64,000 nt of DNA, from IMG/VR virus record IMGVR_UViG_3300020724_000005. One strand, given 5' to 3'. The translations under genes and the position numbers were made by a program. Below, in pieces: positions 51,687 through 58,745 of this stretch. Position 1 is the stretch's first letter; each line of letters begins with the position of its first letter. The notes under the pieces are model-generated. The model was given only the letters and a program-made list of their open reading frames with translations, was not told the origin of the DNA and searched no databases. Origin of the DNA: a virus.

Positions 51687-51932
51687 CTACATATGGCTCA
51701 GCGTACTACTGAGCTGTGAATCGAGCTGTGACCTGAGCTGTGAATTGAGCTGTGACCAGAGCTGTGAATCGAGCTGTGAATCGAGCTGTGACCAGAGCTG
51801 TGAATCGAGCTGTGACCTGAGCTGTAAATTGAGCTGTGAATAGAGCTGTTCCCTGAGCTGTGACCTGAGCTGTGAACCGATCTGTGACCTGAGCTGTGAA
51901 TTGAGCTGTGACCTTACGTCTATCTGTTTCAT
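51687..51932 (-). CDS. xSQL tetrapeptide-repeat microprotein, copy 2
   Basis: MKQIDVR then ~17 xSQL units (x = N,R,G,Y,D,W,E). Confidence 0.5.
   Translation of the reverse strand: MKQIDVRSQLNSQLRSQIGSQLRSQLREQLYSQLNLQLRSQLDSQLWSQLDSQLDSQLWSQLNSQLRSQLDSQLSSTLSHM
51711..51914 (-). repeat. 12-nt tandem array GAGCTGTGA+NNN
   Basis: same unit as 49498..49728. Confidence 0.95.
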
Positions 51933-52012
51933 GGTATTATGTTTTGGTAGTTAAATAAGAAAGTAGCGGACGTATTAGCCAGCTCCTCTCTGTGTATCAA
52001 ACAACAACTCTC

Positions 52013-53119
52013 TTATTTGTATTTTGCTATCAGGATCTCCAGCTCTTCTAGGAACTGCGGTAGTCTGTCTGTAGGGATCTGCTCTGTCTGTGCGAACCTC
52101 CATTTGAACATGTGCACCTCATCTCCTTTCTCATTGATCACGTGATAGTACCCGTCCTCTTCTCCTACGATCTGATACTCTTTGCCGTTAGTCAAATGCC
52201 TGTAAGATCCAGCCTCTTGGCATGTCATCATCCTTTTGCGTGGCTTCTCTGCCTCTTCTGCGTATGGTTCAAAGCAATCGTATGGTGTATGGTAGACGGT
52301 ATTCTCCAGATCAAAGAACCATTCTCCTCCTTCGGCAATTCTATTACTACTGAAGCCTGTTATCGTGTAGATCTCTCCTACTTGCAGGTTCGCTTCTTTG
52401 ATATAATATGCTGCACTCTTATAGATCATTGAGTCTGTCTTGACCAGCTTCACTTTCATTCCAGGTTTGTATCCCAGCCTCTTGATCTCCGCAGTGTGGT
52501 CTGTCTTTGGCTCTTCTGGTTCTATCTTCTTACGATCTCCTCTTTTGCCCCTATATGGTAGGTTCATGAAAGTGTCTTCTCGTGGATCTACTAATGTCCA
52601 AGGGTGACCATATTCGTTGATGATCCTGGTCGCGTATCCATCGCTGTCTGTCTCAAGGACTTCGTACTCGTGGCCTTCTATGTAGTATCTTGAATTGGTC
52701 TTTGTGCACCTGACGTATAGATTCCCTTCTAAGGAATTATTCCCGGCTTTGTACTCTTCGAGTCTCCTTTTCAGATCGTTATTATACGCAGGATCCTTCT
52801 TGACGTACTCTCTTCCGTTGTAATATCCATCTTTATATCCCATTAGCGTTTCTAGCGCAAACAGGGACATAAAGTCTGGTACCCGATGTTCTACTCGCCA
52901 AAGTCCTCTCTTGACATTGGTGATGAACCCAGCACGTCTGAAATACGACTGGTAGGCACGTACGCGGTACCACTGTCCGTACCATACTCTGTGTTGACCT
53001 TTTTCTCGAGTCATATCATAGAGTGCATTCTTAAAGTCCTCGCTCGTGTATGTTTCTCCTGGTTTGTAGGCGTTGATGAAGTTGACAACTGCAAAATAGA
53101 TCGTTCCTTGCTTTATCAT
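52013..53119 (-). CDS. hypothetical protein with internal beta-rich repeats
   Basis: 368 aa; three related segments (YIEGHEYEVLETDSDGY, LQVGEIYTITGF, LTNGKEYQIVGEEDGYY). Confidence 0.65.
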   Translation of the reverse strand: MIKQGTIYFAVVNFINAYKPGETYTSEDFKNALYDMTREKGQHRVWYGQWYRVRAYQSYFRRAGFITNVKRGLWRVEHRVPDFMSLFALETLMGYKDGYYNGREYVKKDPAYNNDLKRRLEEYKAGNNSLEGNLYVRCTKTNSRYYIEGHEYEVLETDSDGYATRIINEYGHPWTLVDPREDTFMNLPYRGKRGDRKKIEPEEPKTDHTAEIKRLGYKPGMKVKLVKTDSMIYKSAAYYIKEANLQVGEIYTITGFSSNRIAEGGEWFFDLENTVYHTPYDCFEPYAEEAEKPRKRMMTCQEAGSYRHLTNGKEYQIVGEEDGYYHVINEKGDEVHMFKWRFAQTEQIPTDRLPQFLEELEILIAKYK

Positions 53120-53202
53120 AATATTTTGATTGTTTGTTACTTAGTAAATGTACGTGAAATAATCGACTTAAAAAAGCTTTTTGTCAGGTATTTGTTTTCA
53201 TA
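53120..53202 (-). promoter_or_regulatory. intergenic cassette C3
   Basis: sense box GTACATTTAC; opposite strand TCGACT(53163)-N18-GGTATTTG(53187-53194). Confidence 0.5.
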
Positions 53203-53703
53203 CTATGACATATATCCCCGACCGTCTTCGTAGAATTCCCACCCGTTATCTATAATATGATCGGATATCGCCTCTTCAGAGCAAAGATATTCGTATTCAT
53301 TCTCTAACATATTAAGGTATTCTCTACTGAGGTCTTCGAGATACGCTTCTTCCAATTCTTCCAGTTCTGCTTCAGTCTTGGCTGTGTCTTCTTGGCGCTC
53401 CAGTTCATCCAGATCGCTCAGAAACTTCTTGGCGATGGAATATGTGGCGCAATGCTCACCGTGCTCAGAAACGACCTTGAGAGCGCTAGATTTGGCTGAC
53501 GTAGTGAAATTTGCCTTAATGTATGGAGGATATAGATCGAATTCTTCTATATCAAGGCCTGCTGTCCCCTTGGCGTCTTCTTTGACTGTATCTGACCACC
53601 AACCGTATCCTGTCAGTAGTTCTGAGTTGTCGGCGAGGACTTTGGCCTGTGCCTTTTCTGATAGCTCTTCAAATTTGCAAATGTTCTGTGTTACTGTACG
53701 CAT
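53203..53703 (-). CDS. hypothetical acidic protein
   Basis: start set to MRTVTQNICKFEELSEKAQAKV; ...GYGWWSD...; ends NGWEFYEDGRGYMS. Confidence 0.55.
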   Translation of the reverse strand: MRTVTQNICKFEELSEKAQAKVLADNSELLTGYGWWSDTVKEDAKGTAGLDIEEFDLYPPYIKANFTTSAKSSALKVVSEHGEHCATYSIAKKFLSDLDELERQEDTAKTEAELEELEEAYLEDLSREYLNMLENEYEYLCSEEAISDHIIDNGWEFYEDGRGYMS

Positions 53704-53781
53704 GTTGTTTGTTGTTTGGTATGTTATAAAAGTACGTGAAATAATTGACACTAGAAAGTTTCTGGACGTATATTTGTTTTC
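53704..53781 (-). promoter_or_regulatory. intergenic cassette C4
   Basis: sense box GTACTTTTATAAC; opposite strand TTGACA(53745)-N18-TATATTTG(53769-53776). Confidence 0.55.
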
Positions 53782-53940
53782 TTACTGTGTGATTATCTCG
53801 TCCACAATTCTTTTAGCAAACTCATCCAAGTCGTCTGCTGATATTTCTAACCAATACCCACCAGTCGCATACTCATTAAAGATTTTCTTTATCTGGTCCT
53901 GTATGTTTGCTTTCTGAGCTTCGTTGTTTGCTGTTGACAT
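53782..53940 (-). CDS. hypothetical 52-aa protein (paralog of 51459..51602)
   Basis: MSTANNEAQKANIQDQIKKIFNEYATGGYWLEISADDLDEFAKRIVDEIITQ. Confidence 0.5.
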   Translation of the reverse strand: MSTANNEAQKANIQDQIKKIFNEYATGGYWLEISADDLDEFAKRIVDEIITQ

Positions 53941-54025
53941 TGTTGTTGTTTTTAGTACTAGATAAAAGTAATGAATTAAATTGACACTTGAAAGTTATTT
54001 CTCAAGTATTTGTTTTTCTACTATG
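53941..54025 (-). promoter_or_regulatory. intergenic cassette C5
   Basis: sense box TTACTTTTATCTAG; opposite strand TTGACA(53981)-N18-AGTATTTG(54005-54012), pointing into ORF-free DNA. Confidence 0.5.
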
Positions 54026-54343
54026 AGACATAACCACTATATCCAGCGAATAGCTGGAGGACCAGATAATCAAAGTTGTGAGCTTTTTTACATATAACAG
54101 ATCAAGCTCACTATCCCATAATACAAACCCATATCCTAAGGGCAGACTGTCTGTTGCTATTTATTTCGCTGTCGATAGTTGTCAGGTTAGGACATTGCTA
54201 CCACTTTTAGACGTCTGATGTTTTCTTGGTGTAAAGTTAAAATCAACCACCAAGCTCTATTGTAACTGAGCGGATATTTCATTAGTGATATCTCTGTAAT
54301 AACACAAGGAATGAACCCGATTAAGACCTTATAGGTAGAGACA

Positions 54344-54374
54344 TAAAAAAAGCACCTCCTTTTGGGAGATGCTT
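54344..54374 (-). terminator. intrinsic terminator
   Basis: AGCA-C-CTCC/GGAG-A-TGCT stem; minus strand followed by TTTTTTT. Confidence 0.5.
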
Positions 54375-54407
54375 CAGTATCTGGTCCGGGTTAATAACCC
54401 CTAATGT

Positions 54408-54492
54408 GGAAAGACCCAGAATATTTTAAAGTAATGTATTATTGCGAAAGAATGAAGTCTTCGTAATGAGTGTGTAATTCTTAGGTCTTTCC
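54408..54492 (-). other. long imperfect hairpin in 3' UTR
   Basis: GGAAAGACC..AGAAT paired with ATTCT..GGTCTTTCC (14 bp) around ~55 nt. Confidence 0.4.
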
Positions 54493-54602
54493 AGGACGGT
54501 ATAATTATGTTCTCTGCTTACTGTAATAAATATACACACTTTCTCTAAGATAGAGCTTTGATGTATAAAAGTTTAGATATTATCCAAGTCTTTCTGCAAT
54601 AA

Positions 54603-54764
54603 TTATATAGACCAAGACCCAGACCCAGACTCAGACCAAGACCCAGACCCAGACCTAGACCCAGACCTAGACCTAGACCAAGACCTAGACCAAGACCCAG
54701 ACCAAGACCAAGACCCAGACCAAGACCTAGACCCAGACTTCTTTTTAAATTTAATACAGCTCAT
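54603..54764 (-). CDS. S-x dipeptide-repeat microprotein
   Basis: MSCIKFKKKSGSRSWSGSWSWSGSWSRSWSRSRSGSRSGSGSWSESGSGSWSI; ATG 2 nt after upstream stop. Confidence 0.45.
   Translation of the reverse strand: MSCIKFKKKSGSRSWSGSWSWSGSWSRSWSRSRSGSRSGSGSWSESGSGSWSI
54610..54739 (-). repeat. 6-nt tandem array GACC(C/A/T)A
   Basis: about 21 units; minus sense TCT-NGG with N = G/A/T. Confidence 0.95.
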
Positions 54765-54766
54765 AA

Positions 54767-55039
54767 TTATAGTTTAGAAGATTTACCAAAAGACTCTATA
54801 GCAGAAAGTTGGACATAATATTCGTCTCCTACTTTTTGAGCATCTTTGTATTTCTTATCTGTAAGTGGGCCTGTTTCGTACACTATATGGGCATTCTCCA
54901 GTTTAATACAAGTGTCGTTAACTCCTACCAGCTTTCCCCCATAGAAGTAGTTAGAACACATTATTAATACTTCTTCTCCGAGTAATGACAAAAGACCTTC
55001 ATTCTCTACTTCTACTACTTTAATTGGTTGCATTTTCAT
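54767..55039 (-). CDS. hypothetical small beta-barrel protein (Sm-like pattern, weak)
   Basis: LLSLLGEEVLIMCSNYFYGGKLVGVNDTCIKLENAHIVYE resembles Sm/LSm motif spacing. Confidence 0.5.
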   Translation of the reverse strand: MKMQPIKVVEVENEGLLSLLGEEVLIMCSNYFYGGKLVGVNDTCIKLENAHIVYETGPLTDKKYKDAQKVGDEYYVQLSAIESFGKSSKL

Positions 55040-55063
55040 ATTCTGTTGTTTTTAGTTATTTAT

Positions 55064-55657
55064 TTATATAGCCTTTAGTTGATACTTCTTTCCATCTATC
55101 TCTACTACTTTACCCTCGCAGCAATCTTCTTTTGGTAATCCGGTCTCAATTAACTCACCGTAACACACTTGACCTAGTACTAATTTGCCTACTTTTATTT
55201 GCATCTCTTCTTTAGTAGGTATTTTCCAAGTAGTTAATCCGGCAAATATTCTTAGTTTACTTGATAGCTCTCCTTTACAAATTATACCCCAACCAGCTTC
55301 AATACCCCAACCAGCTTCAATACCCCAACCAGCTTTAATACCCCAACCAGCTTCAATACCCAAACCAGCTTTAATACCCCAACCAGCTTTAATACCCCAA
55401 CCAGCTTTAATACCACAACCAGCTTTAATACCCCCACCAGCTTTAATACCCCCACTAGCTTCAATACCATCGCCAGCTTCAATACCACTACCAGCTTTAA
55501 AGTATATATTACCGGAAGCAGTTAAGTGGCCTTTGAATTTTACTGTTCCGAGGTCTTCTTCTGCTTCTATATGTCCTTGGTAGTTACTTAGGTCTTCTTT
55601 ACCTACGTAGTAATTGTCTTTGTCTAAATGCTCTTTTTTAATTAGAAATGTGTTCAT
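55064..55657 (-). CDS. hexapeptide-repeat (beta-helix-like) protein
   Basis: 197 aa; eleven GI(K/E)AGx units flanked by non-repetitive N- and C-domains. Confidence 0.65.
   Translation of the reverse strand: MNTFLIKKEHLDKDNYYVGKEDLSNYQGHIEAEEDLGTVKFKGHLTASGNIYFKAGSGIEAGDGIEASGGIKAGGGIKAGCGIKAGWGIKAGWGIKAGLGIEAGWGIKAGWGIEAGWGIEAGWGIICKGELSSKLRIFAGLTTWKIPTKEEMQIKVGKLVLGQVCYGELIETGLPKEDCCEGKVVEIDGKKYQLKAI
55284..55500 (-). repeat. 18-nt tandem array
   Basis: ATACCCCAACCAGCTT(C/T)A units, ~12 copies, encode GI(K/E)AG(W/G/L/C/S/D). Confidence 0.9.
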
Positions 55658-55740
55658 ATTGCTTTGTTTGTTTGGTATGATGTAAAAGTAAGTAAAAAGA
55701 TCGACACTAAAAAGAAATAACTCAGGTATTTGTTTTCTTC
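55658..55740 (-). promoter_or_regulatory. intergenic cassette C6
   Basis: sense box TACTTTTACATCATACC; opposite strand TCGACA(55701)-N18-GGTATTTG(55725-55732). Confidence 0.5.
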
Positions 55741-55760
55741 ATATGATCCTCTTCACATAA

Positions 55761-55790
55761 GAAAAAAGCCGGGGGTGGAAACCCCCGGCT
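55761..55790 (-). terminator. intrinsic terminator
   Basis: 9-bp GC stem AGCCGGGGG/CCCCCGGCT; minus strand followed by TTTTTT. Confidence 0.7.
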
Positions 55791-55807
55791 CATATACCAA
55801 CTAACAA

Positions 55808-56638
55808 CTATGCTGTTTCATACTTCTCTGCCAGAGTCCAGAGCTTCTGGTTGATCTCCAGGTCAGTGATCGGGTTCTTTATAGGACGTGCGACTCTCTC
55901 GTTGAGGCTGAATCCTCCTTTGATGATCCCTTCTTGGCACACGTTGTAGGTGACCCAAAGGCTTTTGCCCCTGTCTTCAGTGCGGCGAGGCTGCAGAAGG
56001 TCTACGATCTCGTACTGCTCAGGCTGTCGGTCTGTGTTCATGCGCAGAGCAAGAGCTTCTGTAGCGAACTGGTAGCGCTGGCGGTCTGTCATCTCTATCA
56101 TGTTCCAGCGGTTGATCTTGGTCACTGCCTTCTCCATGTCCACGACCTTCTGGTCAACGATCATCTTCACCTCTTCTTGGTTGTATTTTATGTGGCGCTC
56201 TTTCATGCTGCCGAAGTCCTGTGTCTTGATGATCAACCCGTTAGAGCACACCAGCCTGAAGATGCCGGCTTCTATCTGAAGTGGGCGGCAGCCGTTGCTG
56301 TTGTTGATCACGACCATTGTAGGACGGCCTTCTATTCCTCCGCGTCCGTCTTTCATGTAGAGCTCTTCGTTCTGGAACTCCATGATGTGCGTACCAAACG
56401 TGGTGTAGATCTCGTTTCCTTTGCGGCTCTTTGACTGCTTGGCGTTGGTGAGCTTCCACCCCTGCCCGTCCAGGTGCTCGATCAGGTCGATAGAGCTTAC
56501 GAACTTGTAGTTGCCGCTCAGGCGAGATGCTGGTCCAGGCGCGAATATGCCTGGAGCTTTCTGCTTTGCTGTCTCTAGAGACATGGGAGCGATCATGTTG
56601 TTCTTGTTGTTGCTTGCGAGCATTACTTCTGTCTGCAT
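55808..56638 (-). CDS. DUF932-family protein
   Basis: 276 aa; FRLVCSNGLI core typical of DUF932 (phage/plasmid-like). Confidence 0.6.
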   Translation of the reverse strand: MQTEVMLASNNKNNMIAPMSLETAKQKAPGIFAPGPASRLSGNYKFVSSIDLIEHLDGQGWKLTNAKQSKSRKGNEIYTTFGTHIMEFQNEELYMKDGRGGIEGRPTMVVINNSNGCRPLQIEAGIFRLVCSNGLIIKTQDFGSMKERHIKYNQEEVKMIVDQKVVDMEKAVTKINRWNMIEMTDRQRYQFATEALALRMNTDRQPEQYEIVDLLQPRRTEDRGKSLWVTYNVCQEGIIKGGFSLNERVARPIKNPITDLEINQKLWTLAEKYETA

Positions 56639-56718
56639 AACGTTTGTTTTTAGTTGTTTAGTGCGATGTAAAAGTACAAAATAAAGTTGAAAGTAGGCAA
56701 CGTTCGATCATATATTTG
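56639..56718 (-). promoter_or_regulatory. intergenic cassette C7
   Basis: sense box GTACTTTTACATCGCAC; opposite strand TTGAAA(56687)-N18-TATATTTG(56711-56718). Confidence 0.5.
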
Positions 56719-57258
56719 TTATCCTAATAGCCAGCTCAGCTTTCTTCTAGACTCAGCAACGTGCCATTTGACTGTGTTCTCTACCGTGTCTAGCATGTCT
56801 CCGATCTCGCTGTACTTGTAGCCGATAGCAGCAAGCCTCATGACCTTCTCAGAAGACCTTGGCAGCAGAGACATTGCGGTCTCAAACTGCTTGGCTGCCT
56901 CTGACCTTCCTGCTTCATTGTAGGCCACAGACCTGTACATGCTCTTGATCTCTGCAAGCACTGACCTGTCGTTGGACACATCTCTTCTTTTGATGGCCTT
57001 GGCTGTAGTTATCGCGTTGTTCTTGATCACTGTCCTCATCCAGCCCTCGAACGATCCTATGCCTTGGTATGACTGTATCTTCTGGAACACCTTCAAGAAC
57101 CCATCGTTGATCACCTCTTCAAGGTCTCTGCTGTCTTTGAAGTACTTATAGAGCATGCGATGCATGCCTGGATAGTAGTGCTTATACACCTCTTCTTGGC
57201 ATTTCCTGTCGTTCTCTCTGCATCCGGCTATGAGCTCGTGTATCTGTGTGTGGTCCAT
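56719..57258 (-). CDS. ECF-type sigma-70 family factor
   Basis: region 2 (DLEEVINDGFLKVFQKIQSY..FEGWMRTVIKNNAI) and region 4 HTH (YKYSEIGDMLDTVENTVKWHVAESRRKL). Confidence 0.75.
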   Translation of the reverse strand: MDHTQIHELIAGCRENDRKCQEEVYKHYYPGMHRMLYKYFKDSRDLEEVINDGFLKVFQKIQSYQGIGSFEGWMRTVIKNNAITTAKAIKRRDVSNDRSVLAEIKSMYRSVAYNEAGRSEAAKQFETAMSLLPRSSEKVMRLAAIGYKYSEIGDMLDTVENTVKWHVAESRRKLSWLLG

Positions 57259-57332
57259 GTCATTGTTTTGTAGAGTGTAAAGATAAGCAAAATACCTGGT
57301 ACTTTAAACTAATTTCCCAGGTATTTGTTTTG
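57259..57332 (-). promoter_or_regulatory. intergenic cassette C8
   Basis: hairpin AATACCTGG/CCAGGTATT; opposite strand CTGGTA(57296)-N18-GGTATTTG(57320-57327). Confidence 0.45.
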
Positions 57333-57575
57333 CTAATGTGTGGCAGGTGAAGCTTCTTCTGTGCCCATGAACCCAGCAATGAGATCAAGCGGGGTCTCTG
57401 GATACAAGATCTCATAGACGCTTGGAGCAAAGGTCTTCAGAGTGGTCTTCTTCCCTTCTTGCCATCCGCCCATGTTGCATGCAGATATGATGTCGTAGAT
57501 CTCGAATATCTCGCTGAGGTTGAGCTTGTCTCCTACCAGAGCGTGAACTTTCTTCATTGCTTCTGTTGTTGTCAT
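57333..57575 (-). CDS. hypothetical protein
   Basis: 80-aa ORF. Confidence 0.5.
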   Translation of the reverse strand: MTTTEAMKKVHALVGDKLNLSEIFEIYDIISACNMGGWQEGKKTTLKTFAPSVYEILYPETPLDLIAGFMGTEEASPATH

Positions 57576-57659
57576 AACCGTTAGTTGTTTAGTGTGATGT
57601 AAAAGTAGGAAAAATACCTGACACTTAAAACAAAAGCATCAGGTATTTGTTTTCATAAT
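57576..57659 (-). promoter_or_regulatory. intergenic cassette C9
   Basis: hairpin AATACCTGA/TCAGGTATT; sense box CTACTTTTACATCACAC; opposite strand CTGACA(57618)-N18-GGTATTTG(57642-57649). Confidence 0.5.
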
Positions 57660-57899
57660 TTATTCTTCTCCCATATACATCGCCATATCGTCCTCATCGG
57701 CATAGAATATCTCGGCCAACATATAACGGAGATCTTCATCTGTGCCTGTAAACTGTACCACCGGATTTCCCCCACCTGGTCCACACCAATTTAAAACGTT
57801 CAGTAATATGTTTCTCTTCTCCAAAAGACCCCAGAACTTTTGATCTTCTTTTTCGTTGCCTGTGAATGGAATGCAATCCATCTCGATCGTTTTTGTCAT
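57660..57899 (-). CDS. hypothetical protein
   Basis: track start 57926 is TTG; first ATG 57899 (MTKTIEMD) 24 nt after GTACATTTG box. Confidence 0.5.
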   Translation of the reverse strand: MTKTIEMDCIPFTGNEKEDQKFWGLLEKRNILLNVLNWCGPGGGNPVVQFTGTDEDLRYMLAEIFYADEDDMAMYMGEE

Positions 57900-57995
57900 A
57901 TCTTTTAGTTGTTTAGTGTAGAGCAAATGTACGACAAAAATCTGAAAGCAGGTAACTTTTTATCACATTTATTTCATCATCACGCATCAGCAAAA

Positions 57996-58068
57996 CAAAT
58001 ATATGAAAAATAAGTTCCAAGTATCAAAACTTTGTCGTACTTTTACATCACACTAAAAAACAAACAAC
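57996..58068. promoter_or_regulatory. divergent cassette C11
   Basis: plus sense TACTTTTACATCACAC before ATG 58069; minus strand TTGATA(58027-58022)-N18-TATATTTG(58003-57996) points at 57660..57899. Confidence 0.5.
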
Positions 58069-58299
58069 ATGGCAACAAAGACACTGACAAACAAACAGGC
58101 GCTTACGAAGATGATCAATTCCTTAGATCCTATCCAGTTGGGAATACTTCGAGAGAGGATACTCGCGATGACAGAGAACATACTCGAGAACGAACAGGAC
58201 ATACGTAAGGTGATGGAGGCCGACGGCAGGAGGTCGATGATACATCCAGATTATTATTTCCAGACCATCGAAGCCATCAGGATCACAATGGAATATTAA
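58069..58299 (+). CDS. hypothetical protein
   Basis: 76-aa ORF, only plus-strand gene of this block. Confidence 0.5.
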   Translation: MATKTLTNKQALTKMINSLDPIQLGILRERILAMTENILENEQDIRKVMEADGRRSMIHPDYYFQTIEAIRITMEY

Positions 58300-58360
58300 G
58301 AAAACAAATACCCGACAAATAAGTTTCAAGTGTCGGGTATTTTTCCTACTTTTACGTCAG
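58300..58360 (+). promoter_or_regulatory. cassette C12 (plus orientation) with terminator-like hairpin
   Basis: ATACCCGACA..TGTCGGGTAT stem + TTTTT, then TACTTTTACGTC; minus strand CCGACA-N18-GGTATTTG (58336-58305). Confidence 0.45.
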
Positions 58361-58361
58361 A

Positions 58362-58447
58362 TCAAGCATCGCACGCCAGCGGCCACTGAAAGGTTCGGAG
58401 TTACTTGCCGAAGATGGGTATACTCCGTCCTACGCGACACTTTTTCT
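58362..58447 (+). ncRNA. candidate small RNA
   Basis: GC-rich ORF-free stretch after C12 box; stem CGGAGT..ACTCCG; ends at CTTTTTCTC. Confidence 0.25.
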
Positions 58448-58502
58448 CTATCGTATTAAAGAGATCCTCATACAAGGATTCTCATATGTATTCTTTTTCA
58501 CA

Positions 58503-58745
58503 TCAGTCCAAGATCTCTATGTCTGCAGTCTCCTGGGCACACCTCCACCCATCTGCCTCTAGATCGTAGAACGTCACGACTCCTTTTTTCGGGATCCCGT
58601 AGTAGTCTCTTTTTCCTTGCGCGGGTAGCATGTCTGGGTTGGTCGTGCCTACAGCCACGCGAACAGTCCCGTCCTTTTTAGTGAACTGGAAGCGCACCTT
58701 TCCTGACTTCAGCCGGTCTACCAGTTTTTTTGTTGTGTTTTCCAT
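58503..58745 (-). CDS. DUF2693-like small protein
   Basis: start set to MENTTKKLV; VRFQFTKKDGTVRVAVGT pattern. Confidence 0.45.
   Translation of the reverse strand: MENTTKKLVDRLKSGKVRFQFTKKDGTVRVAVGTTNPDMLPAQGKRDYYGIPKKGVVTFYDLEADGWRCAQETADIEILD

Noticed and set aside
51487-51843. Plus-strand ORF (SCE/SCD repeats), and the plus and alternate-frame ORFs 55185..55583 and 55282..55488 in the hexapeptide array
   Set aside because: These are alternate frames of stop-free tandem repeats, antisense or out of frame relative to genes with proper starts and non-repetitive flanks.
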